DNA of 63,711 nt, the filler included, from Octopus bimaculoides (lineage: Eukaryota), in the NCBI RefSeq assembly GCF_001194135.2. It is 5 parts of 5 records of this genome, joined end to end, with 100 filler letters (N's around TTAATTAATTAA, not from the genome) between each part and the next. Parts side by side here need not be neighbours in the genome. Positions count along the whole stretch, not along the records: positions 19,515 to 50,866 come from NC_069005.1; 4 more parts are not named here. One strand, written 5' to 3'. Below, in pieces: positions 24,918-36,765 of the stretch; positions within the stretch are counted from its first letter, which is position 1; every line of letters begins with the position of its first letter. Below the pieces are notes generated by a model. The model did no database searches. It was not told the origin of the DNA and saw only the letters and a program-made list of their open reading frames with translations. A program made the position numbers and the translations under genes.

Positions 24918-26639
24918 TTAAGTTACATTTGCTGATTTGTCTTAAGAAAGAAAAAATCGAGCGATACCGACATAAATAAAATTATGAAGTAGCAGACGAT
25001 TCTCTCACATAAATACAATCATGTGAAAGTGTTACGGAGTGTTGTGTGTAACCTGTCTAAGATATTTGCATAACGTGTGGGATTTCTTTTTCAAGAATGC
25101 ATAGAAATTATGTCATTATGCATAATTGCTTCTCACAAACTAATGTTTCTTTATTAGGCTGAGACTGCAGTGAAAGCTTCACTCAAGCTATCTTTCAATC
25201 GTAATAGTGACTATTAAAATCATTTATCACCCTTTGATAATCTCGTTGTAGTGCTACGGAGCACAGTTGAGTACAGGGGTCGATGTAATCGACTAGTTCC
25301 CTCCCCACAAATTTCAGGCCTTGTGCCTATAGTAGAAAGGATTATTATCATTGTTATTATTATTCAGTAGTCTTATTTTTATAACGTGCTTTCACTTCAC
25401 TACCGAGCGCAGCTCTGTGTGCCTTGGGTATGTGCTGTGGTTTGCTGTGGTGCTCTTATGGTCACTGTACTGAAAGTGTTTTATGTAGAATGTGTGCGGT
25501 GCCTAGTGGTGCTATTTTCTGTATGTTATATATATTTGTTAGTCCTGGTGTTTTTGTTATGTATTTGTCTGAATATTTTTTTATTATACCTAAGGCACCT
25601 ACTCTGATAGGANNNNNNNNNNNNNNNNNNNNNNNNNNNNNNNNNNNNNNNNNNNNNNNNNNNNNNNNNNNNNNNNNNNNNNNNNNNNNNNNNNNNNNNN
25701 NNNNNNNNNNNNNNNNNNNNNNNNNNNNNNNNNNNNNNNNNNNNNNNNNNNNNNNNNNNNNNNNNNNNNNNNNNNNNNNNNNNNNNNNNNNNNNNNNNNN
25801 NNNNNNNNNNNNNNNNNNNNNNNNNNNNNNNNNNNNNNNNNNNNNNNNNNNNNNNNNNNNNNNNNNNNNNNNNNNNNNNNNNNNNNNNNNNNNNNNNNNN
25901 NNNNNNNNNNNNNNNNNNNNNNNNNNNNNNNNNNNNNNNNNNNNNNNNNNNNNNNNNNNNNNNNNNNNNNNNNNNNNNNNNNNNNNNNNNNNNNNNNNNN
26001 NNNNNNNNNNNNNNNNNNNNNNNNNNNNNNNNNNNNNNNNNNNNNNNNNNNNNNNNNNNNNNNNNNNNNNNNNNNNNNNNNNNNNNNNNNNNNNNNNNNN
26101 NNNNNNNNNNNNNNNNNNNNNNNNNNNNNNNNNNNNNNNNNNNNNNNNNNNNNNNNNNNNNNNNNNNNNNNNNNNNNNNNNNNNNNNNNNNNNNNNNNNN
26201 NNNNNNNNNNNNNNNNNNNNNNNNNNNNNNNNNNNNNNNNNNNNNNNNNNNNNNNNNNNNNNNNNNNNNNNNNNNNNNNNNNNNNNNNNNNNNNNNNNNN
26301 NNNNNNNNNNNNNNNNNNNNNNNNNNNNNNNNNNNNNNNNNNNNNNNNNNNNNNNNNNNNNNNNNNNNNNNNNNNNNNNATATATATATATATATATATA
26401 TAAGCACATATTTATATAAGCGTGTTTATGGATGTGTAGGTTTTCACTTGGCTGCACAATTTTGAAATGACGATTCAAATCCATTAGGTATGAAAACATA
26501 TTCGACACAGTTACATCTGCCGTTCTATGTAACCTAATCCATGCGCCATATTCAGTCTTGTCGTGTGTGGAAAGAAAATAAATCGACTTTGTAAATGGCG
26601 GTAACGAAAAATATTAATGTTGTGAAAGATATTTTGCCA

Positions 26640-26860
26640 TCTGTTCGTAATTTGTAAGGGTTCAGTGTACTTTATGGTTTTATAGGTTCGGTGTCGGTAA
26701 CGAGGGAGTATTTCTGAATCTTTAGTTTTGAGGAAAACATTTCGTATACTTCAGTAGTGCAGGGTTGACAATGTATATTGCTATTTAGGATGTCGAATAA
26801 CTTTCCAAGAGACATCATAAGGTGTAGTGGAAGCTTTTTAATTTCCAAATAAAGTTAGAT
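26640..26860 (-). mobile_element. Possible Penelope GIY-YIG C-terminal relic
   Basis: Frameshifted YDVSWKVIRH / HCQPCTTEVYEM / EILPRYRH resembles the W-K-I...C-x2-C-x2-E...CRH tail of PLE endonucleases. Confidence 0.35.
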
Positions 26861-27079
26861 AAGGAGGTACTATATACTCTTTTACTCTTTTACTTGTTTC
26901 AGTCATTTGACTGTGGCCATGCTGAAGCACCGCCTTTAGTCGAGCAAATCGACCCCAGGACTTATTCTTTGGAAGCCTAGTACTTATTCTATTGGTCTCT
27001 TTTTGCCGAACCGCTAAGTTACGGGGACGTAAACACACCAGCATCGGTTGTCAAGCGATGTTGGGGAGACAAACACAGA

Positions 27080-27147
<68 letters not shown>

Positions 27148-27332
27148 NNNNNNNNNNNNNNNNNNNNNNNNNNNNNNNNNNNNNNNNNNNNNNNNNNNNN
27201 NNNNNNNNNNNNNNNNNNNNNNNNNNNNNNNNNNNNNNNNNNNNNNNNNNNNNNNNNNNNNNNNNNNNNNNNNNNNNNNNNNNNNNNNNNNNNNNNNNNN
27301 NNCGGAAGCATGTAGTTAGGAAGCAGATAAAT

Positions 27333-27365
<33 letters not shown>

Positions 27366-27725
27366 GCATATAACTTTTACATGTAATTTTATTCACTTAT
27401 ATATATATATGTGTGTGTGTGTGTGTTTATTTCGTTGTGTGCTTTAAACTATGCTTTGGAATTTGTATTGATTGCTTAGATGTGTTAATTCAAAGTTTGT
27501 TTTCCAGCCATTTGATTAAGATGATAAAGATTACAAATAAAATAGTCATTTCCCCCTTTAAGAGAAAAAAAATTAAGTTGATAATGTCAACTCTTCAAAG
27601 TCCGTCCATTTTTCTTACTGTCTTTTTTCTTCCCTTAATCTTTTACACAACTTTAGGAGTGTCGTTTTTGTGTGTTTTTAAATGGCTCATAAACACCTTC
27701 CACGCTGCAATTGTTTTTGTTTCAG

Positions 27726-28685
27726 CGCACGATCTTAGATCAGGTCACTTGCTATGCAAGTACATCTCCGTAATATATAAATATATGTATGCATGTATGA
27801 ATGTATGTGTGTATATCTTTATATTATTTATTTCAGCGGCAGAATGGGAAAAACATGCGGAACAATCACTGAATAATATTCTGAATAGAGTCCCCGTAAA
27901 GCAAAGAGCCAAGAACATCGTTTTATTTATCGGCGATGGCATGGGGTTGCCAACGATAGCAGCTGCTCGAATCCTTAAGGGCCAGCTGAAAGGAAAATAT
28001 GAAATTCCTTTGGCTTTTGAAAATTTCCCATATACAGCTTTAAGCAAGGTCAGTGTTGTCAATAATTTCTTTTTTGCAAATTTATTTATTACAATATAAG
28101 TACTTTCTTGTATATACCCCCACCGACCAATACCTTGTCAGTCAATTCAGTTAACGAAAACTGTGTGGAAGCCTACATTTACATATATATATGTAAAGGA
28201 TGAAATTATTTAGTAAACAATAACATGAGATGTCGGCGTCGTAATCAGTGTGTAAGGATTGGTTCTTCGTTGATTGCATTGTGTAAAGATGAAAGAACAG
28301 TGATTGAAGTTGTGAAGAAAATATTTATTTACCGTTACATCGAATATACCTTCCCTCGACGGGCAGGTGATAAAATCCTGGAGCGTGCGAAGTAAAAAAT
28401 TAATTTCGGCCTGTGTGTTCGTATTGTCGTAGTAAACCACAGAGAGAGAGAGAGAGAGAGNNNNNNNNNNNNNNNNNNNNNNNNNNNNNNNNNNNNNNNN
28501 NNNNNNNNNNNNNNNNNNNNNNNNNNNNNNNNNNNNNNNNNNNNNNNNNNNNNNNNNNNNNNNNNNNNNNNNNNNNNNNNNNNNNNNNNNNNNNNNNNNN
28601 NNNNNNNNNNNNNNNNNNNNNNNNNNNNNNNNNNNNNNNNNNNNNNNNNNNNNNNNNNNNNNNNNNNNNNNNNNNNNNNNNNNNN

Positions 28686-28716
<31 letters not shown>

Positions 28717-30797
28717 ATGTGCAGAGAAGACAAAGTGAGTTAGTGAAAGTGAGAGTGTGGGAAGTTGGGTCTCAAAGTTGCTGACAGTAAACCTCATTTC
28801 TCCATTTAACGGGCCTCTTTCAGTTTCCGTCTACCAAATCCACTCACAAGGTTTTCATTGGCCTAAGGCTATAATAGAAGTCACTTGCCCAAGGTGCCAC
28901 ACAGTGGGACTGAACCCGGAACCATATGGTTCAGAAGCCAGCTTGTTACTACACAGCCACATCTGCCCCTAATTGTTGATTCTTGAGATTATCTCCCCTT
29001 CCTATGTGGAACTGGTCTTAATTGCTGTTTGATAATTGAAAAACACATCCTCTGCAGGGCTGATAGTTTTGGTTAATCAAGGATTTATGTCGTATATTAT
29101 TTGAAAGACTGGTGTTTGTCTAATTTGTATTAAATGAACAGATACGAAACTATGCAAATATTTGAACATCCAATTGTCGGCTGACCCTTGGCCCTTTCTT
29201 TGTTGCAGACCCATTCGGCTGACCGTCAAGTTGCTGATTCCGCTTCGACTGCAACTGCCTATTTAGGGGGCGTCAAAACCAATTTCGGGATGTCAGGAAT
29301 GGCTGCCCCTTATCCATTTGGCAAATGTAGCAATGACAGTGAATATGAAAAGAACAAAGTGGATTCCATTCTGACGTTGGCACACAAAGCTGGTATGACT
29401 TATTCCATAGATCATCGTCGTCGTCATCATCACAACTATCATCATCACCATTATCATTATCTGTTTTCCATGCTGGCATGGGTTGGAAGGCATGACAGGG
29501 GCCGCCCCAGATTCCATAGTCTGTTTTGGCTTGGTTTCTACAGCTGGATGCCTTTTCTAATGCCAACTACTCCACAGAGTGTACTGGGTGCTTTTCACGT
29601 GATACCAGCACCCACACCAATGATTTTTATATAGCACCTTAGTTTTAGGATCTCAATTCTGTTGTGGTGGGCATGACTTCTTGACTACAACACTGCATTA
29701 CACATCTCAGTCCCCCGTTATCTCCTTCTTTAGGCTCAACGTTTTGGGATCGGTTTTCAATATTTCGTCCCATGTCCTCCTGGGGTCTCCCCCTTTCACA
29801 ACTTCTCTCCACTTTAAGTGATCGCGACTTCATTATGTAACTATAATCTTTTCCATCTATCCATTTTTCTCACCTATTATTTCTTGGAGGATCGTTGAAG
29901 CAGAGCCCTCTGACACCTCCTTCACGGGAGGAGAAGCAACCATCAGACTTCCTGGCAGGATTCCAAACTGTGACCAACTGAGATTATCGATGTTATCCAA
30001 CCATCTTGTTCTTGGCCTACCCCTACGCCTCCTGAGATTATCGATGTTATCCAACCATCTTGTTCTTGGTCCCCGCCCCCGCTACGCCTCCTACTGGTTG
30101 GCTTGAAGGATTTGTCTTATAGCTGTTTCCTATGACTTTCTCATTCCAGGCCTGTAAAACCGGAACTATAACCTCTCAATGCAGAGACGTAGCAGATCGA
30201 CCTGGAGAGACTCCCTTATCCAGTAACTTTACTTTAGAGGGAAACCCATTTTGGCCACTTGTATTCGCGATCATGCTCTTTAGGTTAAAACCCGGCATCC
30301 ATGACTGAAATGAGGATCCGCACGTAAACCGAATTGTAAACACAGCGTTTCGATCGTCCTGCTGCTCATCACTCGTGAATGCGACCCCGAAACATTTAAA
30401 CTTCTCCGCTTGTCTCAAAGATGTTTCACTAACTTTCACAATGCACCGGAAATACTTTCCAGAGAGAACTAATGCCTCAGTCTTCGCAGCATTTATTGTT
30501 TATTCTCTTCTATTTTATTGTTTATTATTAATACATTTTTTTGTTGTTAATACCTCCATTTGTTAATTTCAATTAACAGGTAAATCGACAGGTATTGTGA
30601 CGACATGTCGACTTACGCATGCGTCTCCTTCGGCATGTTATGCTCACACAGCAGACAGAGACTGGGAGTCAGATTCCGACATGGTCGGTGTTAAAGGCGG
30701 ATGTTCTGATATTGCTAAACAACTTATCGATGACAATAAATATATACAGGTATGTTTGTTTTGTTTTTATTGCTTTTTATTAGAAAACTTGTGCATA

Positions 30798-30847
<50 letters not shown>

Positions 30848-32558
30848 GTAAACAATTCTCCGCCATATATATTTTTTCGCAAGTTGTTTGCTTTATATCG
30901 CGTGATATATGGCAAAATCTCTACTTTATTTCATTGGGTATCATGGAAAGTGTCAGCTGTCCACAATCAACAGACTAAAGTGACACTTGTTTACTGCTCA
31001 TACATTGAGATTCCTGTGGAGGACAGTTGCAGTTCCAAGCAATGATGATTTTTGTAGGTGTTCTATTTTTACATTTGAGTCACGTTGGTAGTTGAATACT
31101 GATACCTCCATCTGCACCAATCACTATTGGTACTTTGTCTACTTTCTTCATTACCCAAAAACCTTCGTATTTCCCACTTCAATTCACCATAGTTCACTTT
31201 TTCTTCTTCTTCTTTCTCTTCGATCCTGTTATCACCAGGACATGCTATGTCGATTGTCAGGCATGTTTTCTCTTTTCTATTCACCACAACATTCCAGGTT
31301 TTCGATGTTTAATCTGACGGTCACATTGAACCATTGCATCTCTCACGATTTTGCAGTCCTCATTCTCAGTAACTCCTTCTGAGATTATGACATACCATAT
31401 CTTTGATCTTTCTTGGCCAGAATTTCTACAAAGCTCCCAATGAATCATTCTTGCCATATTGTCATGTCTCCTTTCGTGTTCACGTTGTGCCAATTTCAGG
31501 CACTCTCTAACAATGTGCCATACTGTTGCACCCCTCTCACCATGCATTTATCGCTCTCGGTTGTTTTATGAATTCTGCACTTTACATAATTTGTCCAGTA
31601 TTATTATTAAACTAGTACATGGTAATTCAATTATATAATTAGCAAGTAGTTCGTCCTGATGTTTGGTAACAAGTCTCCTCAAATCTCAAGTACCTTTCTT
31701 AGGATTCTTGCTGAATATACCACTATTATTACCTCCGCCTTCGCTAAGGCGGAGGTATTATTTTCAGTCGTATTTGTTTGTTTGTCCGTGGACAAGATAT
31801 CTCAAGAACCGCTGGATGGATTCGGATGAAACTTTCTGGGATGTTTGGCCTCGTGACTGGCATGAACTGCTTAGATTTTGGGATCGATCTGGTACTGGAC
31901 AAAGATTCTGGATTATTTTTCCTGTTTTTTAACTTAATTTTTGAAAGCGGTCGGGTTCATTTTTAATATTCTCGTTTGTGAGTGCAGTCGAGTTCATTTC
32001 AGACATTCTCACTTTAAAAATCATCTCTGACTAATCGTTGAGAAGACGTTGGTGTTGCCTTGGCAGAGGTTTGCGCTCTCTGAGTGCTCTTGTTATTTTT
32101 TTTATTATTAATCATAATGTTATTAAGTTGCACTAATTAAAGAATGCGTATAAGTGTGTAATGAGTAACTTTGTCAATGTAGTTTAAATCAAATATGTCA
32201 ATATGTGATAAATATGTTTCATCATTTGTTTTTGTCAGGTGTTGATGGGTGGTGGAAGGTATAAATTCTTGCCACACAATTTCACGGATCCAGAAAAAAA
32301 AGAGCGCATCACTTCTGGCCGCTTGGACAAACGGAATTTACCTGAGGTAAAGTAATGCTTTGAGACATGCATACACATACACATACTCTCTCTCTCATTC
32401 ATTTATACAACAATTTGTTAAAAAGACGTTGTCCAGCAGAAAAGTGCTGTCCTGCAATCTGCAAGGATCCTGAAAAATATGTTTGTTTTTGAGGAGACTT
32501 GTTGTTACCGAACCTCAAGACAATATCCCTGATAATTTAACTAACATGTAATAGCTTT

Positions 32559-32607
<49 letters not shown>

Positions 32608-33422
32608 CAATAACTTAGCGGTTCGGCAAAAGGAGCCGATAGAATAAGTACTCAGCTTACAAAGAATAAGTCCTGGGGTCGATTTTCTCGACTAAAGGCG
32701 GTGCTCGTCTTCTAGGCTGTAGTTTCCAGCTCGGAATTTCTGGAACCACTGTTGATACTGGCTTACATTTATTGTCCAATTCCCATATACTGCATTAATA
32801 TTCTTTGTACTTTTCATTGTGTTGTTGTCTTTATTGAACTCGTAAAGCAAAATATGTTGAATATGTTCCATTGTCACTTCCATTATAGCTTTGAAAAAAT
32901 AACTGTTCAAAGCGAACTGCACTCTTGAAAACTTGCACTAAGAATAAGTACAAGGTAAAATTAGTACCTGCTTTTATAGCAAGTTGATGCAGGTAGTTTA
33001 TCCTGTCCCCTTCCGACTTTGAGTTAATGCAATTAAAAAAAAATGCATTATTTACGGGATGACTTAATAATATTTCAACATCCTTTCTTTTGTTTCCAGG
33101 AATGGGAGAAAGATAAAAAAGACAAAAACTTGAAATACAAATACATCTGGAATAAGGGTCAGTTTGATACAATCGATCCCGCAACAACAGACTATGTACT
33201 CGGTAAGACATTATGTTGTTGTTGTTGTCGTCGTTGTCGTTGTTAATGGTCTTGCGTTATAGATCCTCACCTGTGAGCTCAACTTGTATCAGACCATCAT
33301 GTTTTAAAATTACTATAACACCTTTCAATATTTATTGAATTTCTCTCTCTCTCTCTCTCTCTCTGTATATATATATTTATATGTATATATGCATAAACAT
33401 ATACAAACATATATATATAAAC

Positions 33423-33485
<63 letters not shown>

Positions 33486-33738
33486 NNNNNNNNNNNNNNN
33501 NNNNNNNNNNNNNNNNNNNNNNNNNNNNNNNNNNNNNNNNNNNNNNNNNNNNNNNNNNNNNNNNNNNNNNNNNNNNNNNNNNNNNNNNNNNNNNNNNNNN
33601 NNNNNNNNNNNNNNNNNNNNNNNNNNNNNNNNNNNNNNNNNNNNNNNNNNNNNNNNNNNNNNNNNNNNNNNNNNNNNNNNNNNNNNNNNNNNNNNNNNNN
33701 NNNNNNNNNNNNNNNNNNNNNNNNNNNNNNNNNNNNNN

Positions 33739-33805
<67 letters not shown>

Positions 33806-35843
33806 AAGAGATAGAGATAGATAAGAGGGACTTCACTGGTTTTCTTGTGTTGCAGATAAATTGATGTTAAAACGAGAAATTTATATATATTCTTTTTTTC
33901 CCCATTAAATAAATGTTAACTCTTTAACTGTTGTCTCTGCAGGTCTGTTTGAACCAAGCCACATGCAATATGATCTGGACCGTGACACGTCGGCAGATGG
34001 TGAACCTTCACTGGCTGAAATGGTTGAGAAGGCCATTAAAATTCTCAAGAGAAACAAGGACGGCTTTTTCTTATTTGTTGAAGGTTTGTGTATTTATTTA
34101 AAGAACCGCCATGATAGATCGCTAACCAAAACATTCAATTTTTTTTCTCCTTGTCTCCGTATTCTTTCTGTTGAAGAGCGTAGCTCGAAACGTTAAAGAC
34201 TTTCTCTATTCCCGAGCGTTAAACTAATACATCCTTTTGTTGTTTACACCACCTGTCTTCGTCTGTTGTTTTTTTCGTAAATTCTCCCATATTTAAAGAA
34301 TTTGATGGATTTGAATTTGCCAATTGCAAAACTAATTTTGCACTTCTTCTTCCAATGTTACAATGGATCGATTTTAAGCCAGTGGTTCCTGGCAATGGTA
34401 ACAAAACAAAATGAATTTAAATTACNNNNNNNNNNNNNNNNNNNNNNNNNNNNNNNNNNNNNNNNNNNNNNNNNNNNNNNNNNNNNNNNNNNNNNNNNNN
34501 NNNNNNNNNNNNNNNNNNNNNNNNNNNNNNNNNNNNNNNNNNNNNNNNNNNNNNNNNNNNNNNNNNNNNNNNNNNNNNNNNNNNNNNNNNNNNNNNNNNN
34601 NNNNNNNNNNNNNNNNNNNNNNNNNNNNNNNNNNNNNNNNNNNNNNNNNNNNNNNNNNNNNNNNNNNNNNNNNNNNNNNNNNNNNNNNNNNNNNNNNNNN
34701 NNNNNNNNNNNNNNNNNNNNNNNNNNNNNNNNNNNNNNNNNNNNNNNNNNNNNNNNNNNNGTTAGCTCAGCCCCTTTATGCCGAGGAGAAGATAATACAA
34801 ACAACTTTACTTAAAGTACAGAAATTCATATCATCATCATCATCATCATCATCATTTAACTTCTATTTTCCATGCTGGTATGGGTTGGACGGTTTGGCAG
34901 CAGCTGGCAGGGCTGCAGAGCGGCCCAGGTCCCATGTTTGTTTTGGCATGGTCTCTACAGTCTGATGTGTCCTTTATGTGCCACTGGTACAGGTGCTTTT
35001 TACGTGGCACCATCACCCAGGGGCCCGCAAGATTAGGAACGCTCAGCTGGAGAGGGATGCAGGGGACATTCCTGTATGTAAGGACAACCTCAATTTTACT
35101 TAGCTTGACATGTCTTCTCAAGCACAGCAAACCACCAGGGGTCTTGGCCCCGTCATTCCATTCCCTCTCTGAGGGCCCAACGTCTGAAGATCCTTTCTCA
35201 CCACTTCGTGCCTGGGTCTACCCCTTTCACGTGTTCCCTCCATAATAAGTTCTTCCATTTTTATTTCATTTATAATTTGTGTCATTTTTTGGCAATTGTA
35301 TTTTTATTTTTTTACCATTTTTCATTTCAGGCGGCAAAATTGACTCAGCTCACCACGATATTTTGGCAAAGAAAGCTTTATACGAAACACTGGGTCTCGA
35401 TAAAGCTGTGGAAACAGCTTTGAAGCTGGTTGATTTGAAGGATACCTTAGTTATAGCCACAGCTGACCATTCCATCTCATTTGCAACCTTAGGATATGGC
35501 ACCCGAAATAACTCCATTTTAGGTCAGTTTCATGATTTTTCCTGTTTCTTTTTTTCTTCCTTTTTTTTATATTTCCTTTAATATTGTATATTATCTTTTT
35601 AGCTTTTAATTTCACCTGTTTCAGTTATTGGACCACGGCCATGCTGGGGCACCACTTTCAAACAAATTGCCACCAGTAGTTTTTTTACATTTTTTTTTTT
35701 GTTAAATCTAGTACTTGATCTATCAATCTCTTCAACCAAACCATTGAGTTATGGGGGACATAAGCAAACCAACATAGCAGTGGAATTCAGACTCAGGACA
35801 TTTTGCCTGGTGTGCTAATGCCAGCTTGTCGCCTTCGTAATTA

Positions 35844-35879
<36 letters not shown>

Positions 35880-36765
35880 TAATAATAATAATAATATATT
35901 GTGGCACTCCATCGGTTATGAAATGATTTAAACTAATTTCTGACAGCTTTTCTTTTTTATTAGGTTTGGTGGACAGAATTGCCTGGGGAGGAGCAAGTGA
36001 TAATATGCCATACGCCAGTTTGGTTTATTCTTCTGGTCCCAACCACCCAGGTGGCCGTCAAAATTTGACTAATGTTGCAACAGGTGAGAAACTCATCACA
36101 TTTCTGTATTTTGGAAAGGCATCCAGCTGCAATACATTGCTTCATTAATATACTCATCTAACCCATGCCATCACAAAAAAAAAAAAAATGTAAAAATGAA
36201 ATAAAAAGAATGAGCTGTGTGCTGTCTCCATGTAAATAATTGTTGTTATTGTTGCTGCTTTGAATAAGAGAACCCCTTACTTGAAAAACCAGTGAAGGTT
36301 AGTGACAGGAAAGGCACCCAGCTATAAAACAACGGCTCAATAATATATTGATCAAACCCACGCTTGCATGAAGAAACAGGTGTAAGCCATGAAAGTAATC
36401 CTTTGTATTAATGTTGCTTTTAGTATTCTTATTAATCTATTTCGTTGTTTCTTTCAGATGGTGATAACTATTTACCCCAGGTTGGTGTACCATTGAACTA
36501 CAGCAGCCATACAGGAGAAGATGTGGCTATTTATAGTATCGGACCATGGGCGCACCTCTTTCAAGGCTCCATGGAACAAACAAACATCCATCATTTCATA
36601 GCCTTCGCTGCTTGCCTCGGCAATTATGACTATGCTATAAAGGGAGGAAATTGCAATTCCCAAAGTGGAAACGCTGCCACTCCCCTGCTTCCCAAGCAAC
36701 TTATTTTTTGGGTGGCACTAATTGCTCTCTTTAATTTGTTTGACACCTTTGAACGGCTTGGATGA
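27726..36765 (+). CDS. ALPL: Alkaline phosphatase, tissue-nonspecific-like, probably GPI-anchored (whole multi-exon gene; start exon uncertain)
   Basis: Exons 27726-27743 (putative), 27837-28048, 29209-29392, 30580-30749, 32239-32346, 33100-33202, 33943-34083, 35331-35522, 35964-36083 and 36458-36765 all have AG/GT boundaries with matching phases. Motifs: [17 protein letters not shown] (catalytic Ser), [35 protein letters not shown], and a hydrophobic C-terminal tail. The symbol denotes family membership, not 1:1 orthology. Confidence 0.96.
27837..28048 (+). CDS. ALPL: Alkaline phosphatase exon (AEWEKHAEQ...[12 protein letters not shown]...YTALSK)
   Basis: tttcag acceptor, AAG|gtcagt donor; contains the GDGMG metal-ligand motif. 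Confidence 0.95.
29209..29392 (+). CDS. ALPL: Alkaline phosphatase exon with catalytic serine ([23 protein letters not shown]...HKAG)
   Basis: ttgcag acceptor, G|gtatga donor; DSA active-site motif. Confidence 0.95.
29640..30440 (-). mobile_element. RTE-clade LINE 3' fragments in an ALP intron
   Basis: [27 protein letters not shown] and GRP motifs; internal direct duplication of AGATTATCGATGTTATCCAACCATCTTGTTCTTGG (about 29981 and 30035). Confidence 0.75.
30580..30749 (+). CDS. ALPL: Alkaline phosphatase exon ([17 protein letters not shown]...ADRDWESD...KYIQ)
   Basis: taacag acceptor, CAG|gtatgt donor; Mg-ligand region and catalytic Arg region. Confidence 0.95.
31045..31560 (-). mobile_element. 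Degenerate R4/Dong-like non-LTR 3' end in an ALP intron
   Basis: [30 protein letters not shown] and [31 protein letters not shown]. Confidence 0.85.
31728..32093 (+). mobile_element. Helentron-associated non-autonomous element (HINE/DINE-1-like)
   Basis: 5' subTIR ACCTCCGCC with internal palindrome, a GTTT/GTCC microsatellite, 3' subTIR GGCAGAGGT followed by hairpin GCGCTCTCTGAGTGC; T-rich insertion site. Confidence 0.75.
32239..32346 (+). CDS. ALPL: Alkaline phosphatase exon ([12 protein letters not shown]...[10 protein letters not shown]); absent from the ORF track
   Basis: ttgtcag acceptor, GAG|gtaaag donor; 108 nt, phase 0/0; conserved MGGGR and GR-x-D-x-RNL. Confidence 0.93.
32706..33070 (-). 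mobile_element. Mariner 5' end (TIR plus transposase N-terminus) in an ALP intron
   Basis: [14 protein letters not shown]...[14 protein letters not shown] helix-turn-helix region; TIR-like TATTAAGTCATCCCGTAAATAATGC at the outer end. Confidence 0.85.
33100..33202 (+). CDS. ALPL: Alkaline phosphatase exon (EWEKDKK...YIWNKGQF...TDYVLG)
   Basis: ttccag acceptor, G|gtaaga donor. Confidence 0.93.
33943..34083 (+). CDS. ALPL: Alkaline phosphatase exon ([14 protein letters not shown]...[12 protein letters not shown]...GFFLFVEG)
   Basis: ctgcag acceptor, G|gtttgt donor; PSLAEM and GFFLFVE motifs. Confidence 0.95.
34115..34295 (+). mobile_element. Penelope-like terminal repeat with hammerhead-like core, in an ALP intron
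   Basis: Reverse-complement near-copy of 57975-58160; core UCUUU-CUGUUGA-A-GAGC(GUA)GCUC-GAAA-CG-UU-AAAGA at 34163-34199. Confidence 0.55.
35331..35522 (+). CDS. ALPL: Alkaline phosphatase exon (GKIDSAHHD...[10 protein letters not shown]...NSILG)
   Basis: tttcag acceptor, G|gtcagt donor; Zn-ligand D-x3-H and DH motifs. Confidence 0.95.
35964..36083 (+). CDS. ALPL: Alkaline phosphatase exon (LVDRIAW...[12 protein letters not shown]...RQNLTNVAT)
   Basis: tattag acceptor, G|gtgaga donor; PY-x-SLVY-x-x-GP motif. Confidence 0.93.
36458..36765 (+). CDS. ALPL: Alkaline phosphatase last exon with GPI-signal-like tail
   Basis: tttcag acceptor; SHTGEDV (Zn ligand His), GPWAHLF, AFAACLG, then small-residue NSQSGNAA and hydrophobic [14 protein letters not shown] before TGA. 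Confidence 0.95.

Noticed and set aside
27413-28099. 228-aa ORF taken as a single ALP exon
   Set aside because: It includes a TG microsatellite, intron-like AT-rich sequence and clear splice signals; only parts are coding.
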